Below, piece after piece: positions 12,821 through 25,300 of a stretch of DNA of 64,000 nt. The stretch spans positions 245,706,001 to 245,770,000 of the forward strand of contig OZ024741.1 of assembly GCA_964016885.1 (NCBI GenBank), given 5' to 3'. Both the position numbers and the translations under genes were made by a program. Below the pieces are notes generated by a model, which saw nothing but the letters and a program-made list of their open reading frames with translations, was not told the origin of the DNA and did no database searches. Position 1 is the stretch's first letter; every line of letters begins with the position of its first letter. This stretch comes from Eledone cirrhosa (Eukaryota).

Positions 12821-15800
12821 AAATTATCTCCCCCTGATTTTTTTTACAAATTATCTCCACCTGATTTTTTTACAAATTATCTCCCCTTGGCTGGCTGGAA
12901 ATTATCTCCCCTTGGAGGCTGGAACTTATGTCCCCTTGGACGGCTAGAAATTACCTCTCCTTGGACGGCTGGAAAATATGTCTCCTTGGACGGCTGGATA
13001 TTATCTCCCCTTGGACGGCTGGAAATTATCTCCCCTTGGAAGGCTGGAAATTATCTCCCCTTGGATGGCTAGATATTACCTCCCCTTGGACGGCTGGAAA
13101 TTATCTCCCCTTGATTTTTTTACAAATTATCTCCCCCTGATTTTTTTTTACAAATTATCTCCCCCTGATTTTTTTTTACAAATTATCTCCCCCTGATTTT
13201 TGTTTACAAATTATCTCCGCCTGATTTTTTTTAAAAAATTATCTCCCCTTGGACGGCTGGAAATTATCTCCCCTTGGACGGCTAGAAATTACCTCTCCTT
13301 GGACGGCTGAAAATTATCTCCCCTTGGACGGCTGGAAATTATCTCCCCTTGATTTTTTTACAAATTATCTCCGCCTGATTTTTTTTTTTTACAAATTATC
13401 TCCCCCTGATTTTTTTTTTACAAATTATCTCCCCCTGATTTTTTTTTACAAATTATCTCCCCCTGATTTTTTTTACAAATTATCTCCCCCTGATTTTTTT
13501 TTACAAATTATCTCCCCCTGATTTTTTTACAAATTATCTCCCCCTGATTTTTTTTACAAATTATCTCCGCCTGATTTTTTTAAATATTATCTTCCCTTGG
13601 CTGGCGGGAAATTATCTCCCCTTGGACGGCTGAAAATTATCTCCCCTTGGACGGCTGGAAATTATCTCCCCTTGATTTTTTTTACAAATTATCTCCCCCT
13701 GATTTTTTTTTACAAATTATCTCCCCCTGATTTTTTTACAAATTATCTCCCCCTGATTTTTTTTTACAAATTATCTCCCCTTGGCTGGCTGGAAATTATC
13801 TCCCCTTGGACGGCTAGAAATTACCTCTCCTTGGACGGCTGGAAAATATGTCTCCTTGGACGGCTGGATATTATCTCCCCTTGGACGGCTGGAAATCATC
13901 TCCCCTTGGACGGCTGGAAATTATCTCCCCTTGGACGGATAGATATTACCTCCCCTTGGACGGCTGGAAATTATCTCCCCTTGATTTTTTTACAAATTAT
14001 CTCCCCCTGATTTATTTTACAAATCTCCCAATGATTTTTTAAAAAAAATTATCTCCCCTTCGCTGGCTGGAAATTATCTCCCCTTGGACGCTGGAAATTA
14101 TAGCCCCTTGGAGGGCTGGAAATTATCTTCCCTTGGACGGCTGGAAATTATCTCCCCTTGATTTTTTTTACAAATTATCTCCCCCTGATTTTTTTTACAA
14201 ATTATCTCCCCCTGATTTTTTTTACAAATTATCTACCCCTGATTTTTTTTACAAATTATTTCCCCCTGATTTTTTTTACAAATTATCTCCCCCTGATTTT
14301 TTTTTACAAATTATCTCCCCCTGATTTTTTTACAAATTATCTCCGCCTGACTTTTTAAAAAATTATCTTCCCTTGGCTGGCTGGAAATTATCTCCCCTTG
14401 GACACTGGAAATTATAGCCCCTTGGAGGGCTGGAAATTATCTTCCCTTGGACGGCTGGAAATTATCTCCCCTTGATTTTTTTTACAAATTATCTCCGCCT
14501 GATTTTTTTTTACAAATTATCTCCCCCTGATTTTTTTTTACAAATTATCTACCCCTGATTTTTTTTTACAAATTATCTCCCCCTGATTTTTTTTACAAAT
14601 TATCTCCCCCTGATTTTTTTTTACAAATTATCTCCCCCTGATTTTTTTTTACAAATTTTCTCCCCCTGATTTTTGTTTACAAATTATCTCCGCCTGATTT
14701 TTTTAAAAAAATTATCTCCCCTTGGACGGCTGGAAATTATCTCCCCTTGGACGGCTAGAAATTACCTCTCCTTGGACGGCTGAAAATTATCTCCCCTTGG
14801 ACGGCTGGAAATTATCTCCCCCTGATTTTTTTTACAAATTATCTCCCCCTGATTTTTTTTTACAAATTATCTCCCCCTGATTTTTTTACAAATTATCTCC
14901 CCCTGATTTTTTTTACAAATTATCTCCGCCTGATTTTTTTAAATATTATCTTCCCTTGGCTGGCGGGAAATTATCTCCCCTTGGACGGCTGAAAATTATC
15001 TCCCCTTGGACGGCTGGAAATTATCTCCCCTTGATTTTTTTTACAAATTATCTCCCCCTGATTTTTTTTTACAAATTATCTCCCCCTGATTTTTTTACAA
15101 ATTATCTCCCCCTGATTTTTTTTTACAAATTATCTCCCCCTGATTTTTTTTACAAATTATCTCCCTCTGATTTTTTTACAAATTATCTCCCCCTGATTTT
15201 TTTTTTACAAATTATCTCCCCCTGATTTTTTTTTACAAATTATCTCCCCCTGATTTTTTTTTACAAATTATCTCCCCCTGATTTTTTTTACAAATTATCT
15301 CCCCCCTGATTTTTTTACAAATTATCTCCCCTTGGCTGGCTGGAAATTATCTCCCCTTGGAGGCTGGAACTTATCTCCCCTTGGTCGGCTAGAAATTACC
15401 TCTCCTTGGACGGCTGGAAAATATGTCTCCTTGGACGGCTGGATATTATCTCCCCTTGGACGGCTGGAAATTATCTCCCCTTGGACGGCTGGAAATTATC
15501 TCCCATTGGATGGCTAGATATTACCTCCCCTTGGACGGCTGGAAATTATCTCCCCTTGATCTTTTTACAAATTATGTCCCCCTGATTTTTTTTTTACAAA
15601 TTATCTCCGCCTGATTTTTTTAAATATTATCTCTCCTTGGCTGGCGGGAAATTATCTCCCCTTGGACGGCTGGAAATTATCTCCCCTTGGAAGGATGGAA
15701 ATTATCTCCCCTTGGACGGCTGGAAATTATCTACCCCTGATTTTTTTTACAAATTATCTCCCCCTGATTTTTTTTTACAAATTATCCCCCCCTGATTTTT

Positions 15801-17135
15801 TTTACAAATTATCTACCCCTGATTTTTTTTACAAATTATCTCCCCCTGATTTTTTTTACAAATTATCTCCCCATGATTTTTCTTTTACAAATTATCTCCC
15901 CCTGATTTTTTTACAAATTATCTCCCCCTGATTTTTTTTACAAATTATCTCCGCCTGATTTTTTAAAATATTATCTTCCCTTGGCTGGCGGGAAATTATC
16001 TCCCCTTGGACGGCTGAAAATTATCTCCCCTTGGACGGCTGGAAATTATCTCCCCTTGATTTTTTTTACAAATTATCTCCCCCTGATTTTTTTTTACAAA
16101 TTATCTCCCCCTGATTTTTTTTACAAATTATCTCCCCCTGATTTTTTTTTACAAATTATCTCCCCCTGATTTTTTTACAAATTATCTCCCCCTGATTTTT
16201 TTTACAAATTATCTCCGCCTGATTTTTTAAAATATTATCTTCCCTTGGCTGGCGGGAAATTATCTCCCCTTGGACGGCTGGAAATTATCTGCCCTTGATT
16301 TTCTTTTTACAAATTATCTTCCACTGATTTTTTTTACAAATTATCTCCACCTGATTTTTTTAAAAATTATCTCCCCTTGGAAGGCTGGAAATTATCTCCC
16401 CTTGGCTGGAAATTATCTCCCCTTGGACGGCTAGAAATTATCTCTCTTTGGACGGCTGGAAATTATCACCCCTTGAGTTTTTTACAAATTATCTCCCCCT
16501 GATTTTTTTTACAAATCTCCCAGTGATTTTTTAAAAAAAATTATCTCCCCTTCGCTGGCTGGAAATTATCTCCCCTTGGACGCTGGAAATTATAGCCCCT
16601 TGGAGGGCTGGAAATTATCTTCCCTTGGACGGCTGGAAATTATCTCCCCTTGATTTTTTTTACAAATTATCTCCCCCTGATTTTTTTTTACAAATTATCT
16701 ACCCCTGATTTTTTTTTACAACTTATCTGCGCCTGATTTTTTTTAAAAAATTATCTTCCCTTGGACGGCTGGAAATTATCTCCCCTTGGACGGCTGGAAA
16801 TTATTTCTCCTTGGACGGCTAGAATTTACCTCTCCTTGGACGGCTGAAAATTATCTCCCCTTGGACGGCTGGAAATTATCTCCCCTTGATTTTTTTTACA
16901 AATTATCTCCCCCTGATTTTTTTTTACAAATTATCTCCCCCTGATTTTTTTTTACAAATTATCTCCCCCTGATTTTTTTTTACAAATTATCTCCCCATGA
17001 TTTTTTTTACAAATTATCTCCCCCTGATTTTTTTACAAATTATCTCCCCTTGGCTGGCTGGAAATTATCTCCCCTTGGAGGCTGGAACTTATGTCCCCTT
17101 GGACGGCTAGAAATTACCTCTCCTTGGACGGCTGG
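7600..17135 (+). repeat. Dispersed duplication: ~7600-10230 matches ~14600-17135 (offset about 6.7-7.0 kb)
   Basis: ORF offsets 8063/14956 and 8439/15332 (6,893), and 9251/15981 (6,730). Shared markers AAATTTTCTCC, CCCATTGGATGG, TTGATCTTTT and CCCATGATTTTTC. Confidence 0.85.
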
Positions 17136-17140
17136 AAATT

Positions 17141-17470
17141 ATCTGCCCTTGATTTTGTTTTTACAAATTATCTCCCCCTGATTTTTTTAAAAATTATCTC
17201 CTGATTTTTGAAAAAATTATCTCCCCTTCGACGGCTGGAAATTATCTCCCGTTTGCTGGAAATTATCTTCCCTTGGACGGCTGGAAATTATCTCCCCTTG
17301 GACGGCTGGAAATTATCTGCCCTTGATTTTGTTTTTACAAATTATCTCCCCCTGATTTTTTTAAAAATTATCTCCTGATTTTTGAAAAAATTATCTCCCC
17401 TTCGACGGCTGGAAATTATCTCCCGTTTGCTGGAAATTATCTTCCCTTGGACGGCTGGAAATTATCTCCC
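17141..17470 (+). repeat. Local 174-bp tandem duplication of atypical monomers
   Basis: ATCTGCCCTTGATTTTGTTTT at 17141 and 17315, and TTCGACGGCT at 17227 and 17401 (both offsets 174). Confidence 0.9.
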
Positions 17471-17606
17471 CTTGATTTTTGTTACATATTATCTCCCCCT
17501 GATTTTTTTTTACAAATTATCTCCCCGATTTTTTTCTACAAATTATCTCCCCCTGATTTTTTTGTTACAAATTATCTCCGCCTGATTTTTTTAAAAAAAT
17601 CTATCC

Positions 17607-18005
17607 TTGGACGGCTGGAAATTATCTCCCCTTGGACGGCTGGAAATTAACTCCCCTTTGACGGCTAGAAATTACCTCTCCTTGGACGGCTGAAAATTAT
17701 CTCCCCTTGGCTGGCTGGAAATTATCTCCCCTTGGAGGCTGGAATTTATCTCCCCTTGGACGGCTGGAAATTATCTCCCCTTGGACGGCTAGAAATTACC
17801 TCTCCTTGGACGGCTGGAAATTATCTCCCCTTGAACGCCTGGAAATTATCTCCCCTTGGACGGCTGGAAATTATCTCCCCTTGGACGGCTGGAAATTATC
17901 TCCCCTTGGACGGCTAGAAATTACCTCTCCTTGGACGGCTGGAAATTATCTCCCCTTGGACGGCTGGAAATTATCTCCCCTTGGACGGCTGGAAATTATT
18001 TCCCC
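17607..18005 (+). repeat. Longest pure A-monomer run seen (16 monomers)
   Basis: 16 consecutive 24-25 bp A-type units with no T-tract monomer between 17607 and the TTGAT at 18006. Confidence 0.88.
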
Positions 18006-19329
18006 TTGATTTTTTTTTACAAATTATCTACCCCTGATTTTTTTTTACAAATTATCTCCCCCTGATTTTTTTTACAAATTATCTCCCCCTGATTTTTTTT
18101 TACAAATTATCTCCCCCTGATTTTTTTTACAAATTATCTCCCCCTGATTTTTTTTACAAATTATCTCCCCCTGATTTTTTTTTACAAATTATCTCCCCCT
18201 GATTTTTTTACAAATTATCTCCCCCTGATTTTTTTTACAAATTATCTCCGCCTGATTTTTTAAAATATTATCTTCCCTTGGCTGGCGGGAAATTATCTCC
18301 CCTTGGACGGCTGGAAATTATCTGCCCTTGATTTTCTTTTTACAAATTAACTTCCACTGATTTTTTTTACAAATTATCTCCACCTGATTTTTTTAAAAAT
18401 TATCTCCCCTTGGAAGGCTGGAAATTATCTCCCCTTGGCTGGAAATTATCTCCCCTTGGACGGCTAGAAATTATCTCTCTTTGGACGGCTGGAAATTATC
18501 ACCCCTTGAGTTTTTTACAAATTATCTCCCCCTGATTTTTTTTACAAATCTCCCAGTGATTTTTAAAAAAAAATTATCTTCCCTTCGCTGGCTGGAAATT
18601 ATCTCCCCTTGGACGCTGGAAATTATAGCCCCTTGGAGGGCTGGAAATTATCTTCCCTTGGACGGCTGGAAATTACCTCCCCTTGATTTTTTTTACAAAT
18701 TATCTCCCCCTGATTTTTTTTTACAAATTATCTCCCCCTGATTTTTTTTTACAACTTATCTGCGCCTGATTTTTTTAAAAAAATTATCTCCCCTTGGACG
18801 GCTGGAAATTATCTCCCCTTGGACGGCTGGAAATTATCTCTCCTTGGACGGCTAGAATTTACCTCTCCTTGGACGGCTGAAAATTATCTCCCCTTGGACG
18901 GCTGGAAATTATCTCCCCTTGATTTTTTTTACAAATTATCTCCCCCTGATTTTTTTTTACAAATTATCTCCCCCTGATTTTTTTACAAATTATCTCCCAC
19001 TGTTTTTTTTTACAAATTATCCCCGCCTGATTTTTTTAAATATTATCTCTCCTTGGCTGGCGGAAAATTATCTCCCCTTGGACGGCTGGAAATTATCTCC
19101 CCTTGGAAGGATGGAAATTATCTCCCCTTGGACGGCTGGAAATTATCTACCCCTGATTTTTTTTACAAATTATCTCCCCCTGATTTTTTTTACAAATTAT
19201 CTCCCCCTGATTTTTTTTACAAATTATCTACCCCTGATTTTTTTTACAAATTATCTCCCCCTGATTTTTTTTTACAAATTATCTCCCCCTGATTTTTTTA
19301 CAAATTATCTCCCCCTGATTTTTTTTACA

Positions 19330-22300
19330 ATCTCCGCCTGATTTTTTTAAAAATTGTCTTCCCTTGGCTGGCTGGAAATTATCTCCCCTTGGACACTGGA
19401 AATTATAGCCCCTTGGAGGGCTGGAAATTATCTTCCCTTGGACGGCTGGAAATTATCTCCCCTTGATTTTTTTTACAAATTATCTCCGCCTGATTTTTTT
19501 TTACAAATTATCTCCCCCTGATTTTTTTTTACAAATTATCTACCCCTGATTTTTTTTTACAAATTATCTCCCCCTGATTTTTTTTACAAATTATCTCCCC
19601 CTGATTTTTCTTTTACAAATTATCTCCCCCTGATTTTTTTACAAATTATCTCCCCCTGATTTTTTTTACAAATTATCTCCGCCTGATTTTTTTAAATATT
19701 ATCTTCCCTTGGCTGGCGGGAAATTATCTCCCCTTGGACGGCTGGAAATTATCTGCCCTTGATTTTCTTTTTACAAATTATCTTCCACTGATTTTTCTTA
19801 CAAATTATCTCCACCTGATTTTTTAAAAAATTATCTCCCCTTGGAAGGCTGGAAATTATCTCCCCTTGGACGGCTGGAAATTATCTCCCCTTGGACGGCT
19901 AGAAATTATCTCTCCTTGGACGGCTGAAAATTATCTCCCCTTGGACGGCTGCAAATTATCTCCCCTTGATTTTTTTTACAAATTATCTCCCCCTGATTTT
20001 TTTTACAAATTATCTCCTCCTGATTTTTTTACAAATTATCTACCCCTGATTTTTTTTACAAATTATCTCCCCCTGATTTTTTTTTACAAATTATCTCCCC
20101 CTGATTTTTTTTTACAAATTATCTCCCCCTGATTTTTTTTTTACAAATTATCTCCCCCTGATTTTTTTACAAATTATCTCCCCCTGATTTTTTTTACAAT
20201 CTCCGCCTGATTTTTTTAAAAATTATCTTCCCTTGGCTGGCGGGAAATTATCTCCCCTTGGACGGCTGGAAATTATCTCCCCTTGGAAGGATGGAAATTA
20301 TCTCCCCTTGGACGGCTGGAAATTATCTCCCCTTGCACGGCTGGAAATTATCTCCCCTTGGCTGGAAATTATCTCCCCTTGGACGGCTAGAAATTATCTC
20401 TCTTTGGACGGCTGGAAATTATCTCCCTTTGATTTTTTTTACAAATTATCTCCCTCTGATTTTTTTTACAAATCTCCCCCTGATTTTTTTAAAAAAATTA
20501 TCTCCCCTTCGCTGGCTGGAAATTATCTTCCCTTGGACGGCTGGAAATTATCTCCCCTTGATTTTTTTTACAAATTATCTCCGCCTGATTTTTTTTTTAA
20601 ATTATCTCTCCTTGGACGGCTGGAAATTATCTCCCCTTGATTTTTTTTACAAATAATCTCCCCCTGATTTTTTTTTATAAATTATCTCCCCCTGATTTTT
20701 TTTTACAAATTATCTACCCCTGATTTTTTTTTACAAATTATCTCCCCCTGATTTTTTTTACAAATTATCTCCCCCTGATTTTTCTTTTACAAATTATCTC
20801 CCCCTGATTTTTTTACAAATTATCTCCCCCTGATTTTTTTTACAAATTGTCTCCGCCTGATTTTTTTAAATATTATCTTCCCTTGGCTGGCGGGAAATTA
20901 CCTCCCCTTGGACGGCTGGAAATTATCTGCCCTTGATTTTCTTTTTACAAATTATCTTCCACTGATTTTTTTTACAAATTATCTCCACCTGATTTTTTAA
21001 AAAATTATCTCCCCTTGGAAGGCTGGAAATTATCTCCCCTTGGACGGCTAGAAATTATCTCTCTTTGGACGGCTGGAAATTATCACCCCTTGAGTTTTTT
21101 ACAAATTATCTCCCCCTGATTTTTTTTACAAATCTCCCAGTGATTTTTTAAAAAAAATTATCTCCCCTTCGCTGGCTGGAAATTATCTCCCCTTGGACGC
21201 TGGAAATTATAGCCCCTTGGAGGGCTGGAAATTATCTTCCCTTGGACGGCTGGAAATTATCTCCCCTTGATTTTTTTTACAAATTATCTCCCCCTGATTT
21301 TTTTTTACAAATTATCTCCCCCTGATGTTTTTTTACAACTTATCTGCGCCTGATTTTTTTAAAAAAATTATCTCCCCTTGGACGGCTGGAAATTATCTCC
21401 CCTTGGACGGCTGGAAATTATCTCTCCTTGGACGGCTAGAATTTAGCTCTCCTTGGACGGCTGAAAATTATCTCCCCTTGAACGGCTGGAAATTATCTCC
21501 CCTTGATTTTTTTTACAAATTATCTCCCCCTTTTTTTTTTTTACAAATTATCTCCCCCTGATTTTTTTTTACAAATTATCTCCCCCTGATTTTTTTTTAC
21601 AAATTATCTCCTCCTGATTTTTTTTACAAATTATCTCCCCCCTGATTTTTTTACAAATTATCTCCCCTTGGCTGGTTGGAAATTATCTCCCCTTGGAGGC
21701 TGGAACTTATCTCCCCTTGGACGGCTAGAAATTACCTCTCCTTGGACGGCTGGAAAATATGTCTCCTTGGACGGCTGGATATTATCTCCCCTTGGACGGC
21801 TGGAAATTATCTCCCCTTGGACGGCTGGAAATTATCTCCCCTTGGATGGCTAGATATTACCTCCCCTTGGACGGCTGGAAATTATCTCCCCTTGATTTTT
21901 TTAACAAATTATCTCCCCCTGATTTTTTTTACAAATTATCTCCCCCTGATTTTTTTAAAAAAATTATCTCCCCCTGATTTTTGTTTACAAATTATCTCCG
22001 CCTGATTTTTTTTAACAAATTATCTCCCCTTGGACGGCTGGAAATTATCTCCCCTTGGACGGCTGGAAATTATATCTCCTTGGACGGCTAGAATTTACCT
22101 CTCCTTGGACGGCTGAAAATTATCTCCCCTTGGACGGCTGGAAATTATCTCCCCTTCATTTTTTTTACAAATTATCTCCCCCTGATTTTTTTTTACAAAT
22201 TATCTCCCCCTGATTTTTTTTTACAAATTATCTCCCCCTCATTTTTTTTTACAAATTATCTCCCCTTGGCTGGCTGGAAATTATCTCCCCTTGGAGGCTG

Positions 22301-25300
22301 GAACTTATCTCCACTTGGACGGCTAGAAATTACCTCTCCTTGGACGGCTGGAAAATATGTCTCCTTGGACGGCTGGATATTATCTCCCCTTGGACGGCTG
22401 GAAATTATCTCCCCTTGGACGGCTGGAAATTATCTCCCCTTGGATGGCTAGATATTACCTCCCCTTGGACGGCTGGAAATTATCTCCCCTTGATTTTTTT
22501 TACAAATTATCTCCCCCTGATTTTTTTTTACAAATTATCTCCCCCTGATTTTTTTTTACAAATTATCTCCCCCTGATTTTTGTTTACAAATTATCTCCGC
22601 CTGATTTTTTTTTTTAAATTATCTCCCCTTGGACGGCTGGAAATTATCTCCCCTTGGACGGCTAGAAATTACCTATCCTTGGACGGCTGAAAATTATCTC
22701 CCCTTGGACGGCTGGAAATTATCTCCCCTTGATTTTTTTACAAATTATCTCCCCCTGATTTTTTTTTTACAAATTATCTCCCCCTGATTTTTTTTTACAA
22801 ATTATCTACCCCTGATTTTTTTTTACAAATTATCTCCCCCTGATTTTTTTTTACAAATTATCTACCCCTGATTTTTTTTACAAATTATCTCCCCCTGATT
22901 TTTTTTACAAATTATCTCCCCCTGATTTTTTTTTTACAAATTATCTCCCCCTGATTTTTTTACAAATTATCTCCCCCTGATTTTTTTTACAAATTATCTC
23001 CGCCGGATTTTTTTAAATATTATCTTCCCTTGGCTTGCGGGAAATTATCTCCCCTTGGACGGCTGAAAATTATCTCCCCTTGGACGGCTGGAAATTATCT
23101 CTCCTTGGACGGCTAGAATTTACCTCTCCTTGGACGGCTGAAAATTATCTCCCCTTGGACGGCTGGAAATTATCTCCCCTTGATTTTTTTTACAAATTAT
23201 CTCCCCCTGATTTTTTTTTACAAATTATCTCCCCCTGATTTTTTTTTACAAATTATCTCCCCCTGATTTTTTTTACAAATTATCTCCCCCTGATTTTTTT
23301 TTACAAATTATCTCCCCCTGATTTTTTTTTACAAATTATCTCCCCCTGATTTTTTTTTACAAATTATCTCCCCCTGATTTTTTTTTACAAATTATCTCCC
23401 CCTGATTTTTTTTTACAAATTATCTCCCCCTGATTTTTTTTTACAAATTATCTCCGCCTGATTTTTTTTAAAAATTACCTCCCCTTGGACGGCTGGAAAT
23501 TATCTCCCCTTGGACGGCTGGAAATTATCTCCCCTTGGACGGCTAGAAATTATCTCTCCTTGGACGGCTGAAAATTATCTCCCCTTGGACGGCTGCAAAT
23601 TATCTCCCCTTGATTTTTTTTACAAATTATCTCCCCCTGATTTTTTTTACAAATTATCTCCCCCTGATTTTTTTTACAAATTATCTACCCCTGATTTTTT
23701 TTACAAATTATCTCCCCCTGATTTTTTTTTACAAATTATCTCCCCCTGATTTTTTTTTACAAATTATCTCCCCCTGATTTTTCTTTTACAAATTATCTCC
23801 CCCTGATTTTTTTACAAAGTATCTCCCCCTGATTTTTTTTACAATCTCCGCCTGATTTTTTTAAAAATTATCTTCCCTTGGCTGGCGGGAAATTATCTCC
23901 CCTTGGACGGCTGGAAATTATCTCCCCTTGGAAGGATGGAAATTATCTCCCCTTGGACGGCTGGAAATTATCTCCCCTTGCACGGCTGGAAATTATCTCC
24001 CCTTGGACGGATAGATATTACCTCCCCTTGGACGGCTGGAAATTATCTCCCCTTGATTTTTTTACAAATTATCTTCCCCTGATTTATTTTACAAATCTCC
24101 CAATGATTTTTAAAAAAAAATTATCTCCCCTTCGCTGGCTGGAAATTATCTCCCCTTGGACGCTGGAAATTATAGCCCCTTGGAGGGCTGGAAATTATCT
24201 TCCCTTGGACGGCTGGAAATTATCTCCCCTTGATTTTTTTTACAAATTATCTCCCCCTGATTTTTTTTACAAATTATCTCCCCCTGATTTTTTTTACAAA
24301 TTATCTACCCCTGATTTTTTTTACAAATTATCTCCCCCTGATTTTTTTTTACAAATTATCTCCCCCTGATTTTTTTTTACAAATTATCTCCCCCTGATTT
24401 TTTTACAAATTATCTCCCCCTGATTTTTTTTTACAATCTCCGCCTGATTTTTTTAAAAATTATCTTCCCTTGGCTGGCTGGAAATTATCTCCCCTTGGAC
24501 ACTGGAAATTATAGCCCCTTGGAGGGCTGGAAATTATCTTCCCTTGGACGGCTGGAAATTATCTCCCCTTGATTTTTTTTACAAATTAACTCCGCCTGAT
24601 TTTTTTTTACAAATTATCTCCCCCTGATTTTTTTTTACAAATTATCTACCCCTGATTTTTTTTTACAAATTATCTCCCCCTGATTTTTTTTACAAATTAT
24701 CTCCCCCTGATTTTTCTTTTACAAATTATCTCCCCCTGATTTTTTTACAAATTATCTCCCCCTGATTTTTTTTACAAATTATCTCCGCCTGATTTTTTTA
24801 AATATTATCTTCCCTTGGCTGGCGGGAAATTATCTCCCCTTGGACGGCTGGAAATTATCTGCCCTTGATTTTCTTTTTACAAATTATCTTCCACTGATTT
24901 TTTTTTACAAATTATCTCCACCTGATTTTTTAAAAAATTATCTCCCCTTGGAAGGCTGGAAATTATCTCCCCTTGGACGGCTGGAAATTATCTCCCCTTG
25001 GACGGCTAGAAATTATCTCTCCTTGGACGGCTGAAAATTATCTCCCCTTGGACGGCTGCAAATTATCTCCCCTTGATTTTTTTTACAAATTATCTCCCCC
25101 TGATTTTTTTTACAAATTATCTCCCCCTGATTTTTTTTACAAATTATCTACCCCTGATTTTTTTTACAAATTATCTCCCCCTGATTTTTTTTACAAATTA
25201 TCTCCCCCTGATTTTTTTTTACAAATTATCTCCCCCTGATTTTTTTTTTACAAATTATCTCCCCCTGATTTTTTTACAAATTATCTCCCCCTGATTTTTT

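Larger units (their letters stand above)
1..17135 (+). repeat. Copy 1 of a ~16-17 kb segment duplicated about 43 kb downstream
   Basis: ORF-track offsets are constant over long stretches (2246/45157, 2768/45679, 5557/48468 = 42,911; 7356/50342, 10145/53131, 14158/57144 = 42,986). Rare variants are shared in the same order. Confidence 0.93.
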
